The notes below the pieces were generated by a model. The model was not told the DNA's origin, ran no database searches, and worked only from the letters and a program-made list of their open reading frames with translations. A stretch of 64,000 nt of DNA from assembly GCA_051531975.1 (NCBI GenBank), contig JAOPTT010000012.1:1-64000 (forward strand). Direction: 5' to 3'. Numbering within the stretch: the first letter of the stretch is position 1; the number at the start of each line of letters is the position of its first letter. Shown here piece after piece: positions 39,094 through 48,087 of this stretch. Source of the stretch: Spirochaetaceae bacterium. Its GTDB lineage: Bacteria; Spirochaetota; Spirochaetia; DSM-2461. The position numbers were made by a program, and so were the translations under genes.

Positions 39094-40679
39094 ATAGAGC
39101 TTTCTTTTCTTGTTAATATTTCTAAAAATGGTATTATTATGTTCAACTCATTATCAAAATGATCAAGTCTATCATGCCTTGGATCTTTATTGTATTCGGT
39201 TGCAATATAGGTTCCCATAGAAGGAGTAAATACTGGGTTCTTAAATAGTATTTTTAAGGGTATTGCAAATTCTAATATTTTTCCAGTTTTGAATTTTACT
39301 TGCTTATCCATAAGTTCCATTGGTTCATCAGGGTCAGATGAACTTTTTCTATCCATACCTACATGAAGTTTGTCTTGGTCATATAGATGAAAGTCAAAAT
39401 AAATATTTCCATTACCATGTAAATGAATTTTATGAACTACTGAATTATTAACATATTTCTCATCTGAAGTTCGTACCATTATATATAAGTACTTTGTATC
39501 AATTGCAACTTTAACCTCTGATAAGTCAATTCCGGTATCTGTTTTTAATTCAGAAGAAAAAGCATCTCCATTTCTATCGGTTACACCAGATAAAACACCT
39601 AACCAATCATCATCATTCCCATCAATAGATATAGTCTTTATTTCAGGTACAATCTTACTTTGCTTTTTTAAAGAAGTTATATCGTATTCAGCTTCATATT
39701 GTGACATTATACTAGATTCATGAATAGACACACTTTGTGGTAATTCCTCTATCCAAATTGATTCGATATTTTTATTTATTTTAATTTTTTTATCTGTTTT
39801 TAAGTTGCTTTTCTTGCTAGAAATTAAAGATATCCATTTGTCATATTTATGTATAACTGAGGGCCGATATTCACTATAAAACTGAGAAGACAATAGGTTT
39901 TTTAAGTCTTTTGTTAAAGCGACCAACTCGCTGTCTCCAGTAATTGCTGCATTTGCTAAATCTCTGTCTGTTTTATTTAGTATATCTGCTTCTTCTATTG
40001 TCACTCTAGTTATAGGGAATGGTATTTTGTTCACTATATTTTCTTGAATAAAGATATCACTTTCCACTATATGTTTTCCAAAGTATCTATCCTGAGTTAT
40101 TGTTAGTTTATGTTTCCCTGCTGGCATTTTATCTATTGTAAAAGTACCTTCAGCAAGAGCTACATCATCTATTGTAAAACTTAAAGGTTCTCCTGATTCA
40201 GGTTTAAGTAGATCTAGACTTCCGTAGGTTACATGTATTCCAGAGAACCCCTCAACTGTTTTATCAATTATCTGGTCTATTGCATCTAAAGTATCAAAAA
40301 TAGATTCTACAGTTGTAGAGTCTGAGTAGGTTATCTTATTAAGTGATCGATCGTAAGCGTTCATGGATATAATATAATTCCCATCTATAAAAGAGCAGGA
40401 ACCAAATATTATATTATCGTAACCATTTGCTTCAGAACGAATCCTAAGAGCTTCTGTATTTATATCTTCTATCTTAGTTGGAATTTCAGTAGATACAATA
40501 AATTGTCCCAGAAGTTTAAGTGTTAAACTTACAGAATCTGCAGTTTTTATACATAGGGCATCTAGCCATACTTCTTTTGACATATTTATTATTGGGTCAA
40601 TTTGTACAATAGGCTTAGACTCTGGATATATAGCGATTATATTGATAAATATGATTGTTATTAATACTAACTTTTTCAT
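39090..40679 (-). CDS. Exported protein 'B2' (TolB-N-like + PEGA + DOMON-like)
   Basis: Start reassigned to ATG 40679 (MKKLVLITII, RBS GAGG); ISIDGNDDDW; ATGA overlap with B3. Confidence 0.7.
   Translation of the reverse strand: MKKLVLITIIFINIIAIYPESKPIVQIDPIINMSKEVWLDALCIKTADSVSLTLKLLGQFIVSTEIPTKIEDINTEALRIRSEANGYDNIIFGSCSFIDGNYIISMNAYDRSLNKITYSDSTTVESIFDTLDAIDQIIDKTVEGFSGIHVTYGSLDLLKPESGEPLSFTIDDVALAEGTFTIDKMPAGKHKLTITQDRYFGKHIVESDIFIQENIVNKIPFPITRVTIEEADILNKTDRDLANAAITGDSELVALTKDLKNLLSSQFYSEYRPSVIHKYDKWISLISSKKSNLKTDKKIKINKNIESIWIEELPQSVSIHESSIMSQYEAEYDITSLKKQSKIVPEIKTISIDGNDDDWLGVLSGVTDRNGDAFSSELKTDTGIDLSEVKVAIDTKYLYIMVRTSDEKYVNNSVVHKIHLHGNGNIYFDFHLYDQDKLHVGMDRKSSSDPDEPMELMDKQVKFKTGKILEFAIPLKILFKNPVFTPSMGTYIATEYNKDPRHDRLDHFDNELNIIIPFLEILTRKESSI
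40014..40622 (-). repeat. Copy 1 of ~610 bp near-identical block (within B2)
   Basis: ESKPIVQIDP...NKIPFP segment shared with B3. Confidence 0.9.
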
Positions 40680-40680
40680 C

Positions 40681-41676
40681 TTATAGATCCTCAGTAAAAA
40701 GCAAATGATAATCAAAAATATCTTTAACAACTTGATTATCAATTAGTGATATAGGATCCACATTATCTTTCATTACATTTTGTATCAGACTGAAACAATA
40801 TGTTTTCCTATTGTGTTGAAAGACAGCATATAAAATAGACCTGTTAAGGTTTTTCTTTTGTCCGTAAACTGTGGCTGTTACTATATTATTTTGAATAAGT
40901 AAGCCGTATTTAAATGGTTTAATATCAAAATCATCACTGTTTTTAAGTTCTTCCTCTTCATTTTTTGTTATTGTCCATATTCCTGCAAGCATATCATCAT
41001 TAGCAATAATGTTATCTAATGCGATATAATAACCATCTTTAAAGTCGTTATACCAAAACCATGTATTGTTTATACTTGAAAATAGTGGTGCATCTTTTTT
41101 ATCCCTAACTGAGACCCAGTCCCTACTATCTTTTGTATAAGTTTCTAGAATAGCAAATGCTTCCTCATTGGAGATTCTTGAATCTGATGGACTTGAAAAA
41201 TGTAAAAAAGTGACATTATCTCCTTGGCTAAAAAGCAGACTATAAAGAGTACGGTCATTTTTAGTTCCAGAGAAACTTGTTATTTGTCCAAATTTTTCAT
41301 GTTCAATTTTATCTATACGAACTTTTTTATCAGTTTTAAAAACATATGTTTTATAAAAATCTTCAAGCTTATCAAAATCTAACTCATAGTCAACATTAAT
41401 ACACTCTAATCCACCTTCTATTCCAGTTGGTGATCTAAAGTTAAAAAGTGTTCCTTTTTCCGATGGGTTTAATATAAATACCCAATCCTCTGGTAGTAGT
41501 AAGGTATTTCCTTTACTTGTAAGTCGATTATTTAATGGTTGTTCATTAAAAGGTTGTTCGTTAATATGAGGTTTAACATCCTCTTCTTTTTCTTTATTAG
41601 ATGACCCAAAAACGTTAGTATTGATTGTTATTACTAATAACACCAAAAATAATTTAGAAATATTGTGTTTATTCAT
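40681..41676 (-). CDS. Exported hypothetical protein 'A2' (possible PsbP/DcrB-like fold)
   Basis: Signal peptide then SSNKE; LLLPEDW, TWFWYNDFKDG; homologous to A1. Confidence 0.7.
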   Translation of the reverse strand: MNKHNISKLFLVLLVITINTNVFGSSNKEKEEDVKPHINEQPFNEQPLNNRLTSKGNTLLLPEDWVFILNPSEKGTLFNFRSPTGIEGGLECINVDYELDFDKLEDFYKTYVFKTDKKVRIDKIEHEKFGQITSFSGTKNDRTLYSLLFSQGDNVTFLHFSSPSDSRISNEEAFAILETYTKDSRDWVSVRDKKDAPLFSSINNTWFWYNDFKDGYYIALDNIIANDDMLAGIWTITKNEEEELKNSDDFDIKPFKYGLLIQNNIVTATVYGQKKNLNRSILYAVFQHNRKTYCFSLIQNVMKDNVDPISLIDNQVVKDIFDYHLLFTEDL

Positions 41677-41692
41677 TACGAACTCCTAATTT

Positions 41693-41721
41693 ATGATAAG
41701 AAAAGATAAATACACTGTCAA
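41693..41721 (-). promoter_or_regulatory. Sigma70-like promoter for the A2-B2-B3 operon
   Basis: TTGACA (41721-41716)-17-TATCAT (41698-41693) in the short divergent gap. Confidence 0.55.
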
Positions 41722-41763
41722 TCTGAACTATACGTATTATAAATTATTTGGTAATATTCAAGG

Positions 41764-43944
41764 ATGTATAAAATTAAAAGTAAAAAACAATTTAGGACTA
41801 AGTTATATTCTGTTCTCATAAGTTTCATTGTTCTTATTTTTGTTATCATATTTGACAATTATTCGACGATTCCTGAAATATTAGATCTAAAAATAATGGA
41901 TCTTAATAAAACACTAAATATGACTTCACAAAAGTTACATATCAGTGATAAAACAACACTGGAAAAAAGTAATCCTCTGATCTCTGAAGATATATGGATT
42001 ATTGGTATTGATACAAACTCATTAGATAAACTAGGAAAGTGGCCATTTGACCGTTCAATACATGGCGATTTTTTAAATAATATATCATCTATAAAGGACC
42101 AAGAAAATAGAGAATCAATTGTTTTTATCGATATTTTCTTTAACGAAAATGATAAGGATCAGGTTTCTGATAAAGCCTTAGAAGATGGAATCCAAAATAA
42201 TGGGAAAGTTTTTTTAGAAACTCTTTTAGAGGTCTTTCCTCTTAATTCTAAGCTTTCAGAAGATATGTATGCAAGGTATTTATCCTTATCTAAAAACTCA
42301 GGAGAGATCATAAATATAAACGGGAATTGGGATAAACTTCCTCGATATTATGACCAAAACCCTCCCATTTCTAGATTTGCACAAAATGCAAAAGGTTATG
42401 GACATGCGACACTAGAAGCTGATATTGATGGAACATATAGAAGGCAATATTTAGTTACCCGTGTTCTAAAGTTTGTAGAAAATATTTCATATGAACAATA
42501 TATTAATAAGGACTATAGTCCTTTAACAGATTTTGAACATTTAGAATGGTTAGATAACAGTGGTGATAAACATCAGATTAACAATGGAACTAAGAATATT
42601 CCAAATGGAGCTACAATTAGTCGGTATAAAAATATATTTATGCCTTCCATAACTTTAGCATTGGCAGCTGAATATTTAGAAACTCCACTTAATAAGTTAA
42701 TAATATATCCAGGATCACATATTGAAATCCCTAATAAAGATGGAAGTTTAAAGATACCAATAGATGAAAAAGGGGCAATGTCAATAAATTATATGGGCCC
42801 TCGATCTAGCTCATCTAAAAGAGGTTATCAGACCTATCCTGTAAGATCTTACTCATCCTATATAGATATTAAAACAGGTTCATCTACTCTTGGTTTAAAA
42901 GATAAGATACTACTAGTTGGACCATTTTCCTCTGGAATGGCTGATGATGAGAAAAATACTCCAATGGGTATGATGTATGGTTTAGAAATCCATGCAAATG
43001 CACTGAATACTATCATAAAGGAGAATTTTATTTCAGACGCTAGTGATAACATTAAATTAGTTTTGATAATAATTTTTACAGTTCTATTAGTTTTTATACT
43101 CTCTAGAAGTTCTATTGTATTGAGTACTATTATTACGACTATAATGTTATTGGCTTATCTAATTGCTTCTAATCTTTTTCTGCATAAGATGAATTTTGTC
43201 TTACCAGTAATATCTCCAATTCTGATTATATTTTTTAACTTCTTCTCAATATTAATATTTAGGTTGTTAACAGAAGGTCGAGAAAAAGCACATATAAAAA
43301 AGACATTTGGTAAATATGTTAACCCTTCTGTTGTAGAACAATTAACACATTCAACTCCAGAATTAGGTGGGATTGAAAAGGATATTACAGTATTTTTCTC
43401 TGATATTAGAGGGTTTACAACAATGTCAGAAGGTATGGAATCATCAGACTTATTAAAACATTTAAATGAATATTTAACTGCAATGACAGATGTTATTTTA
43501 GATGAAGATGGAACGCTTGATAAATATGTTGGAGATGAAATTATGTGTTTTTGGGGTGCTCCATTAGAACAACCCGATCATCCAATAAAAGCGTGTATTG
43601 CTGCATTAAAAATGAGTAAAAGATTAAAAGAGATAAACCTAGAGTTTCCAGAAGAACTAAGAATAAGAATAGGGATGGGGATTCATACAGGTATTATGTC
43701 TGTAGGTAATGTTGGTTCAGCAGGTCGTTTAAGTTATACGGTAATAGGCGATAATGTAAACTTAGCCTCTCGATTAGAAGGTGCAAATAAAAATTATGGT
43801 ACAGAGATTATAATTAGTAGTAGTACCTATGAACTTGTTAAGGATTATTTTGTTACAAGAGAGATGGATGAGATACAAGTAAAAGGTCGACAACAATTTG
43901 TTAAAATATATGAGTTATTAGACTATAAGGAGAAAGAATGTTAA
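41764..43944 (+). CDS. CHASE2-domain class III adenylate cyclase
   Basis: IIGID..LGKWPFDR, DIDGTYRR, YGLEIHANAL (CHASE2); 3 TM; FSDIRGFT, LDKYVGD, YTVIGDNVNLASRLEG. Confidence 0.93.
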   Translation: MYKIKSKKQFRTKLYSVLISFIVLIFVIIFDNYSTIPEILDLKIMDLNKTLNMTSQKLHISDKTTLEKSNPLISEDIWIIGIDTNSLDKLGKWPFDRSIHGDFLNNISSIKDQENRESIVFIDIFFNENDKDQVSDKALEDGIQNNGKVFLETLLEVFPLNSKLSEDMYARYLSLSKNSGEIININGNWDKLPRYYDQNPPISRFAQNAKGYGHATLEADIDGTYRRQYLVTRVLKFVENISYEQYINKDYSPLTDFEHLEWLDNSGDKHQINNGTKNIPNGATISRYKNIFMPSITLALAAEYLETPLNKLIIYPGSHIEIPNKDGSLKIPIDEKGAMSINYMGPRSSSSKRGYQTYPVRSYSSYIDIKTGSSTLGLKDKILLVGPFSSGMADDEKNTPMGMMYGLEIHANALNTIIKENFISDASDNIKLVLIIIFTVLLVFILSRSSIVLSTIITTIMLLAYLIASNLFLHKMNFVLPVISPILIIFFNFFSILIFRLLTEGREKAHIKKTFGKYVNPSVVEQLTHSTPELGGIEKDITVFFSDIRGFTTMSEGMESSDLLKHLNEYLTAMTDVILDEDGTLDKYVGDEIMCFWGAPLEQPDHPIKACIAALKMSKRLKEINLEFPEELRIRIGMGIHTGIMSVGNVGSAGRLSYTVIGDNVNLASRLEGANKNYGTEIIISSSTYELVKDYFVTREMDEIQVKGRQQFVKIYELLDYKEKEC

Positions 43945-46310
43945 AAAAGTATGCATTTTGTATTTTATTTCTAGTAATAGTTATGAATTCGTGTAGTAAA
44001 AAAGAGGCGGCTGGAGCTGTTGAAGTTGTAGACATTCTAAAAGAGCCAGCAAATGATGTTGTAATTACTGATAATACAATTGAAAAACAATCTAGTATAA
44101 TTATTTATATTGAAGGTGAGGTTGAACACTTTACAAATGATGAATGGAACCCTGCACAAATAGGCGCTGAAGTTAGCAGCCAGGATCAGCTTAAAACAGG
44201 TTCTGATGGATACTGTGAGCTTCAGTTTGCAGAGAAATCAATTCTTAAGATCTTAGATAACAGTTTTATTACTATTGAAGAGTTATTAATAGAAGAAAAT
44301 AGTCTGATTCTAGAGAGTAGGTTATCTGAAGGTAGTATTTTGGCAAAGCTAAAAAAACTAACTAACCTCGAAAAGTTTAGAATAAAAACTGACCAAGTTG
44401 TCGCCGGTGTTAGAGGGACAGAGTTTTTTGTATCTGCTATAAATGGTGCTACAGTTGTAACCGTTGATGAAGGAGCCGTTGAAGTCTATCCAAATATTAA
44501 AGAGGTTATTGAGTTTAAAGATTCTGTTGCAAATATGGCAGAAGGGGATATACAAAAAACATTATTAAAAACTATACCTGTAGTACAAATCGGTGAAACT
44601 TTTACAATAACAGAGCAAGAACTTGAAATCATAGTTCCAGATATAGTTGAAACTTATATTGAGCTTAATGAAAACATAAAAAATGATACAATTGAGACCA
44701 TGGATATTGAGGTTCTAGAAATTATTATAGAAGATATCCAGGAACAAAAAGAACAGATTGAAGAACTAAAAACAATCACTACAGAAGTAGAAAAAGAAGT
44801 TTTCAAAGAGCTTGAAAATAGTTATTTTATTGAGAGTGAAACCCATGGAATCGTACTGTATGAAGTTAATATTATAGTAGAACCAGAAGTTGCAAAATTA
44901 TACTTAGATGATATTTTTGTTGCTACAGGTAATTTTCAAAAAGTATACGAAGAAAAAGAACTTATATTTAAAATTGAAGCTGAAGGGTTTATTTCCCAGG
45001 AATTTAACTTAAATACCTCGGATGGTAACAGTAAAAATATCAATATAATTTTAGAAAAAGATGAAGTTATAGAAGAAGTAGAAGAGATTGAAGAAGTTGA
45101 AGAAGTCGAAAAAATCCCAGAAGCTAATTTATCCGATGTAAAACTAGATATTAAACCTGTTAACTCAAAAATTAAAATAAATGGTAAGATATATAAAGAT
45201 AAACTTATAAAATTAGAAGTTGGTAATAAATATTCTTTAGAGGTTACTGCCAAAGGTTATGAATCATATAATTCAGATTTTGAACTGGTAGATGAAGGTT
45301 TTTCTGATACTATTAAGCTGAAAAGGAACATAGTTGTTTCACAAAAATCCATTTCAAAATCTTCATTTATTCGTAAAGCAACAATCCTTAATGGAAACTG
45401 GATTATAGCTACCCAAAGAGGTGATGTTATTTCACTTAATAGTAAGGGTATTAAAAACTGGAGTGTAAATACTGGTAATAGACAGAACCAAAATTCTTAT
45501 CCTATATCATATAACAACAGTATATTTTTTAGTGGTAGTTCCTATGCAACGTTACTAAATTCTAAAACTGGTAAAGTTATTATCCAAGAGGACTTAGGAG
45601 CTGAAAGTTCACATATTTTTGGACGGACTGCATACCCCGCAACTAGTGGAATTTTATTCCCAGAGAATAATATACTTGCTTTAAAATCTATCAAAAACTT
45701 AGAAAATGAAGTTATTGTTAATCTTCCTAATCCATCTTCAGCTAGTCCATTAGAATTAAATGGGAAATGGTACATCGTTGATACATCTGGTTCTGTTTTA
45801 GAGATCAATCCAACAGAGGGTAATATAACAAATACATATTCAGCAAATATTGGACAAATGGTTGCTTCTGCACCTGTGCCAATAAATGACTCATTGATTC
45901 TAGTTTCTGATAGGAAAGGAAATATTTGTGCTATTAATGTAGATTCCGATGAAATACTCTGGAATATGGATTATACAAAATATGGTGGTAATGTTTATAC
46001 AAATCCTATAGTTCATAATAATCAATCTTTTGTTTTAAGTAGAAAAGGAATAATTAGCATTAACAATACAGATGGTGACCTAAATTATGTTCTTGAAAAT
46101 GCAACATCCTTGCCACTTATATATAATAATTTAATTTTGTGGATGTCTAATGACCAACTTATGGTAAGTGATATTAATAGTGGAGAGATAATTAAGCAGA
46201 TAAAGACAATTGATTCAGTAATGCAGCCTTCTTTAAATAAAGAAAACTTACTTATTGCGGGAACTGATGGTGAGATAATGCTACTTGCCATTGAAAGGGT
46301 AATTGAATAA
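43938..46310 (+). CDS. Lipoprotein with FecR domain, PEGA-like repeats and C-terminal PQQ-like beta-propeller
   Basis: Lipobox MNSC; LKTGSDGYCELQF, VAGVRGTEF..VDEGAVEV (FecR); repeated G...W blades; overlaps cyclase stop. Confidence 0.82.
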   Translation: MLKKYAFCILFLVIVMNSCSKKEAAGAVEVVDILKEPANDVVITDNTIEKQSSIIIYIEGEVEHFTNDEWNPAQIGAEVSSQDQLKTGSDGYCELQFAEKSILKILDNSFITIEELLIEENSLILESRLSEGSILAKLKKLTNLEKFRIKTDQVVAGVRGTEFFVSAINGATVVTVDEGAVEVYPNIKEVIEFKDSVANMAEGDIQKTLLKTIPVVQIGETFTITEQELEIIVPDIVETYIELNENIKNDTIETMDIEVLEIIIEDIQEQKEQIEELKTITTEVEKEVFKELENSYFIESETHGIVLYEVNIIVEPEVAKLYLDDIFVATGNFQKVYEEKELIFKIEAEGFISQEFNLNTSDGNSKNINIILEKDEVIEEVEEIEEVEEVEKIPEANLSDVKLDIKPVNSKIKINGKIYKDKLIKLEVGNKYSLEVTAKGYESYNSDFELVDEGFSDTIKLKRNIVVSQKSISKSSFIRKATILNGNWIIATQRGDVISLNSKGIKNWSVNTGNRQNQNSYPISYNNSIFFSGSSYATLLNSKTGKVIIQEDLGAESSHIFGRTAYPATSGILFPENNILALKSIKNLENEVIVNLPNPSSASPLELNGKWYIVDTSGSVLEINPTEGNITNTYSANIGQMVASAPVPINDSLILVSDRKGNICAINVDSDEILWNMDYTKYGGNVYTNPIVHNNQSFVLSRKGIISINNTDGDLNYVLENATSLPLIYNNLILWMSNDQLMVSDINSGEIIKQIKTIDSVMQPSLNKENLLIAGTDGEIMLLAIERVIE

Positions 46311-46320
46311 TACTTTATAT

Positions 46321-46357
46321 TAGAGCCCTAATAGAAAGATATGGGCTCTATTTTTTA
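46321..46357 (+). terminator. Intrinsic terminator after the FecR lipoprotein
   Basis: TAGAGCCC...GGGCTCTA followed by TTTTTT. Confidence 0.6.
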
Positions 46358-46962
46358 TTTAAATAGAATGTTGTCTCAAAAAAATCTAGGTAACTGTTTA
46401 ATTTGTTCAATATGTTGTCTGTAGATTTTTCAGCTACAATAAAGTGTTGATGGATTATCTGCTCTAAAGTTATCTGCATAACATTAAGTGCTTTTTTCAC
46501 ATCTATATCATCTTTAAAAAGTGTTATATCTATATTTTTTAAAAGTTTGTTCAGATTATTGCATGATTTAGATTTAATTAGTGCCTTAACTTCTAATATT
46601 ATCTGTTTACTCTGTTCCTTTTTGAACATTTTCACAAACTCATAAACTAAAGGGTTAATATCTAGTACTGAACTAATTGTTTTAAAATAACATCTTAATC
46701 TTTTAATAACATCAGGGTTATTGATTTCTGAACTAGATATTAAAATTTCCTCAATTATAGAGTTACAATATTCATATAAATAGAAAAAAAGTTGTTTTTT
46801 ATTACCAAAATAATAAAATAATGATCCTTTAGATATTCCAGCCAACTCAACAACATTATTCATAGAAGCTTTGTCGTATCCAGCTTTTACAAATTCTGCT
46901 AAAGCTGCATTTAAAATGAGATTCTGTTTCTCTTTGTTAAGGGCTAGAAATCTATTAAACAT
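46348..46962 (-). CDS. TetR/AcrR-family regulator
   Basis: GYDKASMNNVVELAGISKGSLFYYFGNK. Confidence 0.93.
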   Translation of the reverse strand: MFNRFLALNKEKQNLILNAALAEFVKAGYDKASMNNVVELAGISKGSLFYYFGNKKQLFFYLYEYCNSIIEEILISSSEINNPDVIKRLRCYFKTISSVLDINPLVYEFVKMFKKEQSKQIILEVKALIKSKSCNNLNKLLKNIDITLFKDDIDVKKALNVMQITLEQIIHQHFIVAEKSTDNILNKLNSYLDFFETTFYLNKK

Positions 46963-47886
46963 CTATAAAGTATAACTTATAGAAGTTAATTCTTCTGATA
47001 TAGACCAAAGCTGTTTTGCATCTTCTAAATTATGAGATAATGTATTTGATTGAACAATTATTGGATCACCTGTCATCTCCCTACGACCACTAGGACCATA
47101 ATATGTACCAGAGATTACATCAGAATCAATTGATGCTCTAATACCAGGTAGTGCACCATCAAACGGGCTTTGAGTTATTAGTTCAAACAGTGGTTTAAGA
47201 ATTTTAAATAAAAATTTACCCTCAAGATGCCTTGCTAAATTAGTATTAGAAACCCCAGGGTGGGCAGCTAGTACCTTAATGTCTAAGTTATGATCTTCTA
47301 CTTTTCTTTGTAGTTCATAAGTAAAAAGAAGGTTTGCTAATTTTGATCGTCCATAAGCTTTCATCGGTGTATAATCTTTACCACCTTCAAACATCAGATT
47401 CTCAAAATCCATTACACCACTTTTATGAGCCATACTACTAATATTAACAATTCTAGCACCTCCACTGTTTTTTATAACGTCAAAAAGTTGACCGGTTAAT
47501 GCAAAATGTCCCAAGTGATTAACACCAAGTTGTTGCTCAAAACCATCAGCTGTTAAGCCGTATGGAGTAGTCATAATACCTGCATTATTTAATAAAATAT
47601 CTAATCTATTATACTTTTCCAAAAACAGTGTAACAAACTTTTTTACAGATTTTAATGATGAAAGATCTAACTGCATTACATCAATTTTAGCATTAGGGAA
47701 AATATCTAATATCTGCTTTTTTGCTTCTTCACCTCGGTTTACAGATCTACTCGCAAGAATAACTTTGGCACCTTTTCCTGCAAATACTTTTACAGATTCA
47801 AAACCTAAGCCACTATTTCCACCTGTCACAATGATTATTTTTCCATCTAATTTATCTATATTATTAATTGTCCATCTATCATTCAT
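46963..47886 (-). CDS. Short-chain dehydrogenase (retinol-DH/WWOX-like)
   Basis: TGGNSGLG, NNAG, YGRSK, HPG. Confidence 0.93.
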   Translation of the reverse strand: MNDRWTINNIDKLDGKIIIVTGGNSGLGFESVKVFAGKGAKVILASRSVNRGEEAKKQILDIFPNAKIDVMQLDLSSLKSVKKFVTLFLEKYNRLDILLNNAGIMTTPYGLTADGFEQQLGVNHLGHFALTGQLFDVIKNSGGARIVNISSMAHKSGVMDFENLMFEGGKDYTPMKAYGRSKLANLLFTYELQRKVEDHNLDIKVLAAHPGVSNTNLARHLEGKFLFKILKPLFELITQSPFDGALPGIRASIDSDVISGTYYGPSGRREMTGDPIIVQSNTLSHNLEDAKQLWSISEELTSISYTL

Positions 47887-47920
47887 TTATTTCTCCTTTA
47901 TATTATATAACTATCTAAAT

Positions 47921-47980
47921 TATTGACCATTACGGTCAATAATAGTTCAAGGATAATCTTATTGACCGTAATGGTCAATA
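47921..47980. promoter_or_regulatory. Tandem TetR operators
   Basis: TATTGACCATTACGGTCAATA (47921-47941) and its exact reverse complement TATTGACCGTAATGGTCAATA (47960-47980). Confidence 0.8.
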
Positions 47981-48087
47981 GTAGTAATCGTTATCATTTG
48001 TTTTAAGATTAAAAAATGACTCATATTCTTATATTCATTGACACTAAACTGTATGAGTTATAGATTTTAATAAGTGGGGTTTCATTT

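Noticed and set aside
37504..40679. Diversity-generating retroelement (TR/VR) explanation for the B2/B3 repeat
   Set aside because: No reverse transcriptase in the window. Both copies are coding N-terminal segments, and differences are mostly synonymous rather than adenine-specific.
45053..45113. Glu-rich GAAGAAGT-like repeat in the FecR lipoprotein
   Set aside because: Low-complexity acidic linker, imperfect and in-frame; not a separate element
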